NCBI RefSeq assembly: GCF_009914755.1
Contig: NC_060925.1
Source: the human T2T-CHM13v2.0 reference genome, Homo sapiens
DNA: 64,000 nucleotides
Reading direction: 5' to 3' (one strand)
Program-made: the position numbers and the translations under genes
Part shown: piece by piece, positions 38,201 to 64,000 of the stretch
Position numbering within the stretch: the stretch's first letter is position 1
Layout: each line of letters opens with the position of its first letter
Notes under the pieces: model-generated
What the model was told of the DNA's origin: nothing
The model's database searches: none
Seen by the model: the letters and a program-made list of their open reading frames with translations, nothing else

Positions 38201-40146
38201 CAAATTATCGCATCCCTGAGCTTAGGATCCCCCTTTAGTTTCACATATGCCCCCACCCCCGTTTCCACTTTGATGGCGGCTTCCAAGGAGCATCCCTTAG
38301 TAAGAACCGTCGCAAATATCGTGATTTGGATCCACCAAGGCTTGGGGCGAGCCGTCGAATGTGTGTGGTAGGGGAGCGGGCTGATGTTAGCACGTGGTCT
38401 TGTTAGGCCTTGAATGGGGGAATAGGAGGCCTGTGTTCACGATTAGTTTCCACCACCTACCAACTTGGAACCTTTACATCTCTCCAAGCCTGAGTTTCCT
38501 TATCTGTGAGACAGCTGCGAATACCGGTTTCCAGAGAGTAGTTAAGAACCGTAAGTTCTCAGTAATAAGGCTTTTTCATTCAACAAGTATTTGTCGTGTG
38601 ATTGATGTGTGTCCCACACTCGACAATAAGGGCCAACTGTTACAGATTCTGGAGTTGGTTTTTTTGGAACAAACACAAAGTTAACGGTAGAAAAGTCTGT
38701 CAGGATCAGAACTCTCATTCTCAGAGCCAGAGAAGTGGCAAGGATTTGCCTAGATCATGCAACATGGTTCTCACCTAGACAGGTCAGTGTGCTTCCCAGA
38801 GTCCATGGCTGATTGTGTCTTACTGGAGGTAGGTTTCCATTGAACTTTCTATTCCTATGTAACCTAGGTGTCTGGTGACCAAGGACTTCTAAGCCCTTTG
38901 TGGTGGGGAGAGTGTTTCTCATTTGCAAGTGTGAAAAGCCTTCCTGTCTCCATTCCTCTAAACTGTTCGCACAAAACTGGATTTGGGAGCGAGTTCATTT
39001 TTGAGCAAATTGAAAAACTGTCTAGAAGCAAGAACGGAAACCATTGAGATATGTTCTAGCATCAGATTTAATCAGATTTAGACCCACTCTTGGGCAAATA
39101 AAGGGTTTGTGTGTGCTGACCTTGAGTCACCACTAGATTGTTTCATTCAGCAAGAATTTTACTGATTATGTACCTTTAGCCATATCTGGTGCCCAGCATT
39201 GCAGGTGGCAGACAGACTAAGCCATGGTTCATGGTTCCTATTTGTAAGGTGTTTACCCTCTGCCAGTGGGTCTCTTGCTCTGTGCCATACATTGCTAAAG
39301 GCCTCACCTCCTTGACCTCATGATCCTCACCAGGTCCCTAGAAATAGGTACTGCATCTTATTCCTGTTGTACAGAGTTAAGAAACTTCTGCAAAGTCAAA
39401 AGGTAATATATGTCCATCTGATACTCAAACCGTTGGCTACACTTGTACTCCAGCCAGAATTAATCCATCTTATCCTCCTTTGAAGTGGCTTCATTTGCTC
39501 TCCTCCTTCTTGCTTTGACCCGGTAACTTAGCCAGTGTCTTTTTTTTTGTTTAGACAAGAGTCTCTCACCCAGGCTGGAGTGCGGTGGCACGATCTTGGC
39601 TCACTGCAACCTCTGCTTCCCGGGTTCAAGTGATTCTCTGCCTCAGCCTCCCAAGTAGCTGGGATTACAGGTGCCCACCACCTGTAATCTAGCTAATTTT
39701 TGTGTTTTTAGTAGAGACGGGGTTTCACCATGTTGGCCAGGCTGGTCTTGAACTCCTGACCTCAAGTGACCCGCCCACCTGAGCCTCCTGAAGTACTGGG
39801 ATTATAGGTGTGAGCCAGTGTCTTGATGGGCTTTTTACTTTCTGGAGAGGAAAGCTGGGCCCAGGCTTTTCATGCCCTGGATGCAGAGGAGTGTTCCATA
39901 CGCTTAGGCTGCTTCTAGCATCACAAGGAAAGTGAAAGGCGCACACACACACAGGATATGAGAAATCTGCTTCATGGTGGAAGTGACTAAGAGAACCTGC
40001 TGGGGAGATAATCTCCTCAGTTGGGAAGCTCAGAGGAAAAATAGTCAAGTCCCAAGTTCCCTCCTAGACAAAACAAGTTGACTTGTGTGCAGTTGAAGGG
40101 CTCCCAAATGCAGCTCTACTACTTTAATCTTCTCCCCCTCTTTCAG

Positions 40147-40224
40147 CTTGTGAACACCTTCTTCAGCTTCCTTCGACGCAAAACAGACTTTTTCATTGGA
40201 GGAGAAGAAGGGATGGCAGAGAAG
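40147..40224 (+). CDS. NUDC: Nuclear distribution C, exon 2
   Basis: ttcag|, LVNTFFSFLRRKTDFFIGGEEGMAEK, |gtaagt. Confidence 0.97.
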
Positions 40225-40515
40225 GTAAGTGTTGGAAACCACTGTCCTTTGGGCGGCTCTGTCTCTTCAGAAGAAAAGCTCACCTGGCCTTTCTTTGGCA
40301 TAATAGTAACTTTCAGCAGAAGCGAAATGCCAAAGGTGAGGAATTGGGGAAGGGAAGGAAGCTGTCATTTCTTCAAGCTCCACTCCTTGCTCAGCCCTCT
40401 ATCTACCTTATTTCCCATGACTTTTGCAGTTCTACAAGAGGGGCAGGTGTTAACTATCCCCATTGAGGAAATTGGCTCAAGAGAATTTTGCACCTTATCC
40501 AAAGTCTTGAGCTGA

Positions 40516-40845
<330 letters not shown>

Positions 40846-41755
40846 TGATCCACCCGCCTCGGCCTCCCAAAGTGCTGGGATTACAGGTATAAGCCACTGT
40901 GCCTGGCCAGGAGGTTTTATTTTTACTTTTATTTATTTTATTTTATTTTATTTTTTGAAATGGAGTCTCATTCTGTTGCGCAGGCTGGAGTGCAGTGGCA
41001 TAATCTAGGCTCACTGCAACCTCCGCCTCCTGGGTTTAAGTGATTCTTGTGCCTCAGCCTCCCAAGTAGCTGGGATTACAGGCAGGCGCCACCATGCCTG
41101 GCTAATTTTTGTATTTTTAGTAGAGATGAGGTTTCACCATGTTGGCCAGGCTGGTCTCGAACCCCTGACCTCAAGTGATCCACCCACCTCGGCCTCCTAA
41201 AGCGCTGGGAGTACAGGTGTGAGCCACTGCACCCGGCCTGAGGAGGTTTTAACTAATAACCTAGGAGATGAGACTGGGCAAATATTAGAAACTGATGCTT
41301 AGAAATAAATTTAGAAGGCCGGGCGCGGTGGCTCACGCCTGTAATCCCAGCACTTTGGGAGGCCGAGGCTGGCGGATCACGAGGTCAGGAGATCGAGACC
41401 ATGCTGGCTAACACGGTGAAACCCCGTCTCTACTAAAAACACAAAAAATTAGCCAGGCGAGGTGGCGGGCGCCTGTAGTCCCGGCTACTCTGGAGGCTGA
41501 GGCAGGAGAATGGCGTGAACCCCGGGGGGCGGAGCTTGCAGTGAGCCGAGATCGCGCCACTGCACTCCAGCCTGGGCAACAGTGAGACTCCGTCTCAAAA
41601 AAAAAAAAAAAAAAAAAAGAAATAAATTTAGAAATACTCAGAGGCATGTCTTCCCAGATGCTGTGACTCAGAGTTTAAGGATTTCTGTTTTGTAGTATTG
41701 ATTCTGAGACCTTGAACTTCTTTCTGATTCCTTAAAGTTGTAATTATACTTTTGA

Positions 41756-41998
<243 letters not shown>

Positions 41999-43320
41999 TG
42001 AACTCCCAACCTCAGGTGATCTGCCTGCCTTGGCCTCCCGAAGTGCTGGGATTACAGGTGTGAGCCACCATGCCCAGCCTTTTTTTTTTTTGAGACGGAG
42101 TCCCGCTCTTTTTATCCAGGCTGGAGTGCAATGGTGCGATCTTGGCTCACTGCAATGTCTGCCTCTTGGGTTCAAGCAATTATTGTGCTCAGCCTCCTGA
42201 GTAGCTGAGATTACAGGCGTGAGCCACCACGCCCGGCGCCATTATCTTTATAATAGACATAAACAAGAGACATAATAAGAAGGAGACGTAGACGTTCTTT
42301 GCAAACCGTTTTCTGTGGCTTCAGGATTCTAACAAGTTGGTAAACTCTTTAATGTGTCCTGAATGTCTGAGGCCACTCTGTCATAGACACATTACCTAAG
42401 AGTAGGAGTCCCAGGTTCTTGGTCTAGCTTTGTCACCTAGTCGAGTTCCCAGCAATGCTCTGGTTCTTTCCATCTTTACATCTGTAAAATGGGAGAAAGT
42501 AGACCCCTTCTAGCTCAGATATTTTTTCTGTATTGTCACTAACACCTCTGGCCTTTCTGTGGGTCAGACTACCTGTAAAACCTCATGCCGCAAACTTACA
42601 AAAAAATACAAAAGCACTTTTAGTTTTTATAGCTTTTGGGACTAGTCATTTATTTTTTCTTTCTTTTTTTTTTTGACACGGAGTTTCATGCTTGTTGCCC
42701 AGTCTGGAGTGCAATGGCACGATCTCAGCCCACTGCAACTTCTGCCTCCCAGGTTGTAAGTGATTCTCCTGCCTCAGCCTCCTAAGTAGGTGGGATTACA
42801 GGCATGCACCACCATGCCTGGCTAATTTTGTATTTTTAGTAGAGACAGGTTTCACCATGTTGGTTAGGCTGTTCTCAAACTCCTGACCTCAGGTGATCCC
42901 CCAGCCTCAGCCTCCCAAAGTGCTGGGATTACAGGCGTGAGCCACTGCACCCGGCCTACTTTTTTCAATGAATGTTTATTGAACACTTAACACTTTGGAT
43001 TATGTTAGGTGCTATATCAAACCTTTTGGGATTGCAGAGGTGAATACAGATTTGTTCTTTGTTTTCATGGATCTCACAGTGTAGCCAAAATAAAAAAAAC
43101 AAGCAGTGAAAAAGTAGTGGGTGTTGGGGCAGAATCCCTGGGAACATAAAACTAACCTAGGTTGGGGGCTCAGAGAAGACTTTGTGAGGAAGTGACGCTT
43201 CAGATATGAAGGATGAATAGCTGTAAGAAGGGAGAGAGATGAACCGTGTGTGTGTGTGTCAGGGTCTTGCTCTGTTGTCCCAGCTGGAGCACAGTGGCTG
43301 TAAGAAGGGAGAGAGATGAA

Positions 43321-43322
<2 letters not shown>

Positions 43323-43364
<42 letters not shown>
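43323..43364. repeat. (GT)21 microsatellite
   Basis: Seen directly. Confidence 0.9.
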
Positions 43365-43365
<1 letters not shown>

Positions 43366-43502
43366 AGGGTCTTGCTCTGTTGTCCCAGCTGGAGCACAGT
43401 GGCGTGATCCAGCCGCCTTAGCCTCCCAAAGTGCTGGGACTACCTAATTTTTCTTTTTCTTTTTTTTTTTTTTTTGAGACGGAGTCTTGCTCTATGACCT
43501 AG

Positions 43503-43736
<234 letters not shown>

Positions 43737-43829
43737 TGAGCCACTGCGCCCAGCCCCTAATTTTTCTTAACTGTAAGAGGGAGCAGTCCTTACCTTACAA
43801 GGATGTTACGAGGATTTAAAAAAAGGCAA

Positions 43830-44128
43830 AGACCACAATCCACTTCAGAATCCCTTGGGGCCACATGTGTTTTGGTATTTAAAATTATTTGGATTTCAGA
43901 AAGGCAATACAGTGCATATAATGTGCATTACATACAATAATCTAATCGCAGGCCAGGAGCTGCATCCTGCAACAAAACACATTAATATTTCTGCAGAAAT
44001 ATATATATCAATATACATACCAAGTAGAAGAAATGAAGACTGTAAATACCTCATGCCACGAACTTACAAAAAAATACAAAAGCACTTTTAGTTTTTATAG
44101 CTTTTGGGGCTAGGAATTGTAGACTTGA
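43830..44128. mobile_element. MER46C-like Tigger DNA transposon
   Basis: cccttggggccacatgtgttt...aaacacattaatatttctgcag...agcttttgg. Confidence 0.6.
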
Positions 44129-44769
44129 ATACAGCCATAGTGATCTAATCAATATGGTATTGATAGAAGAAGAGAAAAATGGACCAGTGAAGCAGAATAG
44201 AGAATCCTGAAATAAAGTCTGGCATTTATGAGGATTTAATGTGTCTATTGTGGTAATTCAGTTCAGTAGGCAAAGCATGATTTAATAAGTCATGCTGCTA
44301 CATGAATTTTTTTTGGTTAAAAAAACAAAATTTGCCATCTGTCATACTCTATAAAAATACCAATAATAAAAATCCTGTAAGGAAAACTAGGAAACTATAG
44401 TCTTATGTGGGGGAGACTTTTCAGCATTAGAAAACTGGAAGCTATAAAAGAAGAGATAGCTGTTTGCCTTTTCAGATGCTGAAACTTTGTAAATGGTAAA
44501 AGACATTTAAGTCAATTGAAGAACACCAGATTATGAGAAAATATGCAGTGCAGAGGAAAAATAACATTTAATTGTGAATTTCATATTTAGGAACTCATAA
44601 ATAAAAATTAGCCAGGCCTTGTGGCACATGCCTTTAGTCCCAACCACTCAGGAGGCTGAGGTAGGAGGATTGCTTGAGCCTGGGAGGTTGAGGCTTCAGT
44701 GAGCCGTGATTGTGTCACTACGCTGCAGTCTTGGTGACAGAGCAGGACTTTGTTTCCAAAACAAAACCC

Positions 44770-45230
44770 ACAATGAGATACTATTTCACATCTGTTAGGA
44801 TGGCATCCGTTAAAAGATAAAACAAAATAACAAGTGTTGACAAAGATAGGGAGAAACTGGAACCCTTGTACACTGTGGTGGGAATGTCAAATGGTGCATC
44901 TGCTATGGAAAACGTTATGGCGGTTTCTCAGAAAGTTAAAGAATACAACTATCGTATGTTCTAGCAGTCATGCTTGTGGGTATATACCCAAAATAATCAG
45001 GAGGAGGATTTACTTGCACACCCATGTTCACAGCAGCCTTATTCATAACAGCCAAAAGGTGGAAGGAACCAAAGGCTCCATCAGCAGGTGAATGGATAAA
45101 CAATGTGGTATAGACATACTCTGGGATGTTATTCTGCCTTAAAAGGGAAAGAAATCCTGTCCATTGCTACATGGATGTACCTTGGAGGACATCATGTTAT
45201 ATGAAATAAGCTGGTCACAAAAGGACAAAT
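44770..45230 (+). mobile_element. Old L1M fragment (ORF2 end/3' region)
   Basis: gagaaactggaacccttgtacact...tgaatggataaacaatgtggta. Confidence 0.8.
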
Positions 45231-45700
45231 ACAGTTGATCCTTTGTATCCGTGGGCTCTGCATCCATGAGCTTAACCAACCACTGATGGAAAATATTTGG
45301 AAAAAAAATTTTTTTTAAATGACAGTACAATAATAAAAAAATATGAATTAAGCCCGACGTGGTGACGCACACCTGTAATCCCAGCTACTTGGGTGGCTGA
45401 GATGGGAGGATGGCTTGAGCCCAGGAATTTGAGATCAGCCTGGGCAACATAGCAAGACCCCTTCTGAAAAAACAAAAAAAAAAAACAAATTAAAAAAATA
45501 TAATCTAATTACTTACATCCGTAGCAGTTACATTGTATTAGGTATTAGGTAATCTAGGGATGATTGAGAGTATGCAGGAGGATGCATGTAGGTTATATGC
45601 AAATAAAATGCCATTTTATATAAGGGACTTGAGCATCCTCGGAAATTAGTGTTGGGGAGTGGTCCTGGAACAAATCTTCGTGGGTACGGTGGGACTACCC
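45231..45700. mobile_element. MER2-like Tigger DNA transposon with an Alu monomer insert
   Basis: cagttgatcctttgtatccgtggg...ccattttatataagggacttgagcatcc...gggactac. Confidence 0.75.
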
Positions 45701-45801
45701 TATTGCATTCCACTTACATATAATTGAAGGCATATTTTTTGATGAGTAAATATTATGTGACTATCTAAAAGAAAAGTTACTGTTTAAAAACATAACTGTA
45801 G

Positions 45802-49773
<3,972 letters not shown>

Positions 49774-49860
49774 CAGTTTTTAGTTTTTTTAGGAAATGCC
49801 ATGATCTTTTCCATAGCAGATGCACCATTTGACACTACCACTAATAGTACATGAGGATTC

Positions 49861-51755
<1,895 letters not shown>

Positions 51756-52037
51756 TATATCATCTAGTCAAGACATTTGTCTTTTTTATTGGGTATTTGA
51801 TTACGATTGTTTGATTCCTAATTCAAGTAAGGTTCACACTTTACACTGGGTGATAGAAACCTGTAAATTAAGAGACCTCAAACAAAGACAAAAACAAAAA
51901 ATTAAGGGTCAGGCACAGTGGCTCAGGCCTGTAATCACAGCACTTTGGGAGGCTGAGGTGGTAGGATCACTTGAGCCCAGGAGTTGAAGACCAGCCTGGG
52001 TAATATAATGAGACTCCATCTCTACAAAAAAAAAATG

Positions 52038-52695
<658 letters not shown>

Positions 52696-52834
52696 TACAA
52701 AAAAAAATTTTAAGATTTAAAAAATAAAACACAAGAGACCTCTTTTTTCCTTGCAATTTGTTTTTTGAATAAAGGGTCGTTTGTCCTGGCAAAGTTTCCC
52801 ACAATCTGGATTTTGCGTATTGCATCCTAAGAAT

Positions 52835-53325
52835 GGTTTTTACTCACAGCCGTTCTGACACCAAATGTGTGGGGTTTTTCCACCACTCGACGACCAGTTC
52901 TCCAGTTCTCTGGACACCAACTGGGTATCCTACAATTCAATTGAATTCTGACCGTAACTACCCAGAATTACTGCAGACTCCACAGGTTAAGGACTCAGTC
53001 CCATAAGACAGTGCCCACTTGACACACCAGTTATAAGTTCCAAATTGCCTCGTGTACTTCTGACCAACCAGCTGTAAACTGGGGTTTGCCATGACCACCT
53101 TTTCAGGTTTAATAATTTGCTAGAATGATTCAAAACTCAGGAAAGTGCTTTATTTACTGTTACTTGTTTATTATAAAAGACATAACTTCAGGAACAGCCA
53201 AATAGCTGTGTAGGGCTAGGTATGGGGGTGGGGCCTGGAGCCTCCGTACCCTCTCTGGGTGTGCCACCCTCCCGACACCTTGATGTGTTCACCACCCTAG
53301 AAACTCCAAACCCCATTGTTTAGGG
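52835..53325. mobile_element. MER21-like ERV LTR
   Basis: tctgacaccaaatgtgtgggg...ctgcagactccacaggttaaggactcagtcccataagac. Family name tentative. Confidence 0.6.
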
Positions 53326-53329
53326 GGGT

Positions 53330-57284
<3,955 letters not shown>

Positions 57285-57512
57285 AAGCATCACTTTTTAA
57301 AACAGCCAGTTTATTGAGACAGGTGCTTTGCAGGTATTGTCATTACAACCCTATGAGATAGATGTATTTTCCTCATTTTGCACATGAGGAAACCGAGTTT
57401 CTGGGTGCAGTGCTTTGCCCTTGCACCCAGCAGGTAGAGAGTGGGGCTGGACTCCAGGCTGTGGGACACTGTCCCCTGCTCTGATGCCTCATGGCCTTTC
57501 TTCCCTCTCCAG

Positions 57513-57716
57513 CTTATCACACAGACTTTCAGCCACCACAATCAGCTGGCACAGAAGACCCGGCGGGAGAAGAGAGCCCGGCAGGAGGCCGAGCGGCGGG
57601 AGAAGGCGGAGCGGGCGGCCAGACTGGCCAAGGAAGCCAAGTCAGAGACCTCAGGGCCCCAGATCAAGGAGCTAACTGATGAAGAGGCAGAGAGGCTGCA
57701 GCTAGAGATTGACCAG
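57513..57716 (+). CDS. NUDC: Nuclear distribution C, exon 3
   Basis: tccag|, [15 protein letters not shown]...LQLEIDQ, |gtgaag. Confidence 0.97.
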
Positions 57717-57808
57717 GTGAAGGGTGGGCTTCCCTTCTCCACCCCTCAGATCCCCCCTGGCACTGAGCAGTGGGGTCCTGTTGCCAACTGCTGTGCTCTT
57801 TGCCCCAG

Positions 57809-57874
57809 AAAAAGGATGCAGAGAATCATGAGGCCCAGCTCAAGAACGGCAGCCTTGACTCCCCAGGGAAGCAG
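57809..57874 (+). CDS. NUDC: Nuclear distribution C, exon 4
   Basis: cccag|, [22 protein letters not shown], |gtgaga. Confidence 0.96.
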
Positions 57875-58715
57875 GTGAGATGGACTGCAGGGACTTGGGA
57901 TGAGCCAGGAGCTTGGAACTTACAGGAAATCTCCTGCCTACTGCTTTCTCTGGAATACCCTTCCTTATCCTATCCCCTCCCCTCCTGGCTTTGGGAATCT
58001 TCCCCATACTTTAAGATCACACTCAGAGACATTGAACCAAAGGATCCAGGTTAAAAAAATAAAAACCTGCCAGGCGCAGTGGCTCACACCTGTAATCCCA
58101 GCACTTTGGGAGGCCGAGGTGGGTAAATCACGAGGTCTGGAGTTCAAGACCAACTTGGCCAAGATGGTGAAACCCCATCTCTACTAAAAATACAAAAATT
58201 AGCCAGGCATGGTGGTGGGCGCCCGTAATCCCAGCTACTCGGGAGGCTGAGGCAGAGAATTGCTTGAACCCGGGAGGCGGAGGTTGCCATGAGCCGAGAT
58301 CACGCCACTGCACTCCAGCCTGGGCGACAGAGCAAGACTCCGTCCCAAAAAAATAAAATAAAAACCGACTGACCTTAACCTGTTTATGGCAAGAAAACCC
58401 AATAGCCAGAGAGGGCAGTGCCTATTACAGGTCCCATCTGAGGTTGGCTGGGTTCTGTGGGCCCAGCCATATCCTTTGTCACATGGTATAATATTAATAG
58501 TCTGAGCTCCTCTCAGACTGAGATCAGAACCAAGTTTTACCTGGTTCCCAGTGGACCAAGGCTTGGGGGTCTGCCCCTCTGTGGAGTGGGCAGGGACCAG
58601 GTCTGTTTTCTTTTGTGGCTGTATGCCCAGTGCTAGCCCTGGGCTTGGCCCAGTGAGGGTTCAATCTGTGTCTTGTCTGTCAAGTAAGTAGCTGAGTGTC
58701 CCTGATTGTAAGCAG

Positions 58716-58832
58716 GATACTGAGGAAGATGAGGAGGAAGATGAGAAGGACAAAGGAAAACTGAAGCCCAACCTAGGCAACGGGGCAGACCTGCCCAATT
58801 ACCGCTGGACCCAGACCCTGTCGGAGCTGGAC
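58716..58832 (+). CDS. NUDC: Nuclear distribution C, exon 5
   Basis: agcag|, [39 protein letters not shown], |gtgagt. Confidence 0.96.
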
Positions 58833-58926
58833 GTGAGTGTCAGGGACCAGAGGTAAAGCTTAGGGGGCCAGCCTGGGGTACCAGCAGCACTTAGTGGCCT
58901 CTTCTGACTGCCTCTGCCCTATGCAG

Positions 58927-59121
58927 CTGGCGGTCCCTTTCTGTGTGAACTTCCGGCTGAAAGGGAAGGACATGGTGGTGGACATCCAGCGGCGGCACCT
59001 CCGGGTGGGGCTCAAGGGGCAGCCAGCGATCATTGATGGGGAGCTCTACAATGAAGTGAAGGTGGAGGAGAGCTCGTGGCTCATTGAGGACGGCAAGGTG
59101 GTGACTGTGCATCTGGAGAAG
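58927..59121 (+). CDS. NUDC: Nuclear distribution C, exon 6 (CS domain)
   Basis: tgcag|, [15 protein letters not shown]...VVTVHLEK, |gtatgt. Confidence 0.97.
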
Positions 59122-59904
59122 GTATGTGAGGCCCAGCCCTTCTAGCCTGGGGTGTTGATGGAAGTAGAAGGGAGGATGTGTGCTTAGTTTACTCAGGAGC
59201 CATGCTGGGGGCATTGTGGGATTATCTTAATCCCCATGACAACACTCTTTAAAGTAGATCTGTCTCTATTTTATTTTCTTAAAGACAAGGTCTCACTCTG
59301 TTGCCCAGGCTGAAGTGCAGTAACACCTTCTTAGCTCACTGCAGCCTTGAACCCTTGGGCCCAAGCAATTCTCTCGCCTCGTCCTCCTGAGTAGCTAAGA
59401 CTACAGGTGTACACCACCACGCTCGGCTAATTTTTGTTATTAAATTTTTTTGTAGAGACCGGGGGGTCTCACTATATTTCCCAGGCTGGTCTTGAACTCC
59501 TGGCCTCAAGTGATCTTCACACCTTGGCCTCCCAAAGTGCTGAGATTACAGGCTTGAGTCAGGAAAAGAGCTCGTTGATTTACCCAAGCTCCTACCTCTG
59601 GGAAGGGGTGGAGTCAGAATTGAAAGTCTTAGTTTCTAAAGCCACTTCTTTTTCACTAGGTTTGTACATGCATTCAATTCATCAAATACTTGAACACCTG
59701 CTCTGTGCCTGGTACTGTTCTTGTTCTAAGTGCTGGAAAGAGAACAGTGAACAAAACATAGGAAAATATGTGCCCTCAGGAAGCCTTCATTCTCAACCTC
59801 ACTGCCTTTACAGAGAGGTAGGACACAGAGATCAGTAAATAAAGGTGGTCTGAAAAGGGCCAAGGGTCTGAGGAGAACTTCCCAGGGCACATAAGACCCT
59901 GTAA

Positions 59905-60186
<282 letters not shown>

Positions 60187-60286
60187 TGATCCGCCCACCT
60201 CGGCCTCCCAAAGTGCTGGGATTACAGGTGTGAGCCACCATGCCCAGCCCTTTCCCTGCCTTTTAAATTTATTTTTTATTTTTTGA

Positions 60287-60388
<102 letters not shown>

Positions 60389-60640
60389 TGAGTAACTGCG
60401 AGCGCCACCCTACCTGGCTAATTTTTAAATGTTTTTTGTAAAGACAGGGTCTCATGTTGCCCAGGCTGGTCTGAAACTCCTGGGCTCAAGGGATCTTCCT
60501 GCCTTGGCTTCCCAAAGTGTTGGGATTACAGGTAGGCGCCACTGCACCTGGCACTTCCCTGCTTAAAAACTTTTTCTGGCTGGGCGTGGTAGCTCATGCC
60601 TGTAATCCTAGCGCTTTGGGAGGCTGAGGTGGGCAGATCA

Positions 60641-60874
<234 letters not shown>

Positions 60875-60877
60875 TCA

Positions 60878-61238
<361 letters not shown>

Positions 61239-61445
61239 TTATCACACTGATTTGTAACTCTTTGCCTCTGTGTCTCCCCTAGCTGCAGGAAGGGCACAGT
61301 CTTGTACCTCTGGATCCAGTGTAGGCCTGCAAGGGTCTCAGGTGCAGGATGTGGATGGGAGAGAGTTTGGTTGTGAAAGGGTTAAGGGGTGATTCCTGGT
61401 GCACAGAGCAGGCCACCTCCCACCCTCTGGTTGTTCTCTTCACAG

Positions 61446-61529
61446 ATCAATAAGATGGAGTGGTGGAGCCGCTTGGTGTCCAGTGACCCTGAGATCAACA
61501 CCAAGAAGATTAACCCTGAGAATTCCAAG
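61446..61529 (+). CDS. NUDC: Nuclear distribution C, exon 7
   Basis: cacag|, [28 protein letters not shown], |gtgagc. Confidence 0.97.
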
Positions 61530-61623
61530 GTGAGCCCTGGCTGGTTGGGGGAGCTTCAGCAGGAAGGTGAGGGGCCTCGTTGTTTCCAGAGCTTCACCGA
61601 TTCCTGTCACTGCCTGCCCTCAG

Positions 61624-61742
61624 CTGTCAGACCTGGACAGTGAGACTCGCAGCATGGTGGAAAAGATGATGTATGACCAGCGACAGAAGTCCATGGGGCT
61701 GCCAACTTCAGACGAACAGAAGAAACAGGAGATTCTGAAGAA
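61624..61742 (+). CDS. NUDC: Nuclear distribution C, exon 8
   Basis: ctcag|, [41 protein letters not shown]|gtgagc. Confidence 0.97.
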
Positions 61743-62185
61743 GTGAGCAATTCAGAGACGGGGTTGGGGGACCGTGGGTGCCTGGGGGCTTAGACTTCGG
61801 TGACAGCAGTGAGTGGATCACTGCGCTGCCTCAGGAGCTGCCCTGCCCCCTTTCCAGCCATGTTTATGGCTTTATGGCTTTGGCTTGCCTACTCTTGTCA
61901 TTTGCTGAGGTCATCTTGAGGGCAAGGCCGGCTCATGGTGCATGATAGGAGGGAAGGGGTAACAGGCGGTCATTGCCACCTACAGGAAAACAATGCCAGT
62001 GTTGGTGCCTCAGCTTCCAGCCTCGGGACTCAAATGCGTCTCAGATACCCTGGGCCCTGCTCCTGCCCAGCCTGGCTTGGTGTTGCTGAGGTCTAAAGAG
62101 ATTAGACTTGACACGGGGGTGCTGGGAGAAGGGACAGCTTTAGAAGAGAAGGATGAGCTGTTTCATCTTGCTTCCGTTTCTCCAG

Positions 62186-62237
62186 GTTCATGGATCAACA
62201 TCCGGAGATGGATTTTTCCAAGGCTAAATTCAACTAG
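62186..62237 (+). CDS. NUDC: Nuclear distribution C, exon 9 (coding part to stop)
   Basis: tccag|G, FMDQHPEMDFSKAKFN, TAG. Confidence 0.97.
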
Positions 62238-62431
62238 CCCCTGTTTTTTCCTCCCTGAACTCTTGGGGCTGAGCTGCAACCACCCAACTTTCTTTCCCAC
62301 TCTTCTCTGGGACTTGTGGGCCTCAGGGCTTGGGGCAGGCATGGGACTGGCCCAGGCACACAGGTCCCGGGGCATCAGGAGAAAGGCTGGGTCTTGGGAC
62401 CTTGTCCTCCCCAGTTGGCCTACTGTTACAC

Positions 62432-62437
62432 ATTAAA
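62432..62437 (+). terminator. NUDC polyadenylation signal ATTAAA (a second ATTAAA at 62611)
   Basis: Variant hexamer about 195 nt after the stop, followed by a GT/T-rich stretch. Confidence 0.7.
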
Positions 62438-62625
62438 ACGATTTGCCCAGCTCCTTCTGTGTCCTCTCTTGCCTCTGGCCTTTCTCTGGGGCACAGGCCT
62501 CTTACGGCTGCTGCTGGGAACTGGGAGTTTGGCTTCTAGCCCAGATTCTGCCATGTGACCTAGGGCACATCCTTGCCCCTCTCTGGGCCTCAGTTTCTCA
62601 TTACTTAAAGATTAAAACAAGGCTT

Positions 62626-64000
<1,375 letters not shown>

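Noticed and set aside
59122-59127. NUDC intron 6 donor GTATGT as a possible U12 site
   Set aside because: Lacks the ATCCTT core; it is an ordinary U2 donor.
61993-62436. 147-aa ORF spanning NUDC intron 8 and exon 9 in another frame
   Set aside because: Starts in an intron, is out of frame with NUDC and has no recognisable features.

Overview
Primate, most likely human, genomic DNA. From the encoded proteins and gene order I recognise the chr1p36.11 cluster GPN2 (- strand, exons 1-4; the last exon lies off the left edge), GPATCH3 (- strand, 7 exons, 525 aa), NR0B2/SHP (- strand, 2 exons, 257 aa) and NUDC (+ strand, 9 exons, 331 aa). I located all exon boundaries from the splice sites, and they join in frame. 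The rest is very Alu-dense, with many nested Alus plus MIR, L1, LTR and DNA-transposon relics. Most ORF-track entries are Alu artefacts. I found no new protein family. The most interesting items are: a U12-type donor in GPN2; a + strand exon just past the NR0B2 3' end that could give NUDC an alternative in-frame N-terminus and would nest NR0B2 inside a NUDC intron; a GPATCH3 poly(A) site inside the GPN2 promoter; candidate FXR and NR5A enhancers for NR0B2; and several local duplication or inversion scars. Repeat family names and boundaries are by eye and approximate.
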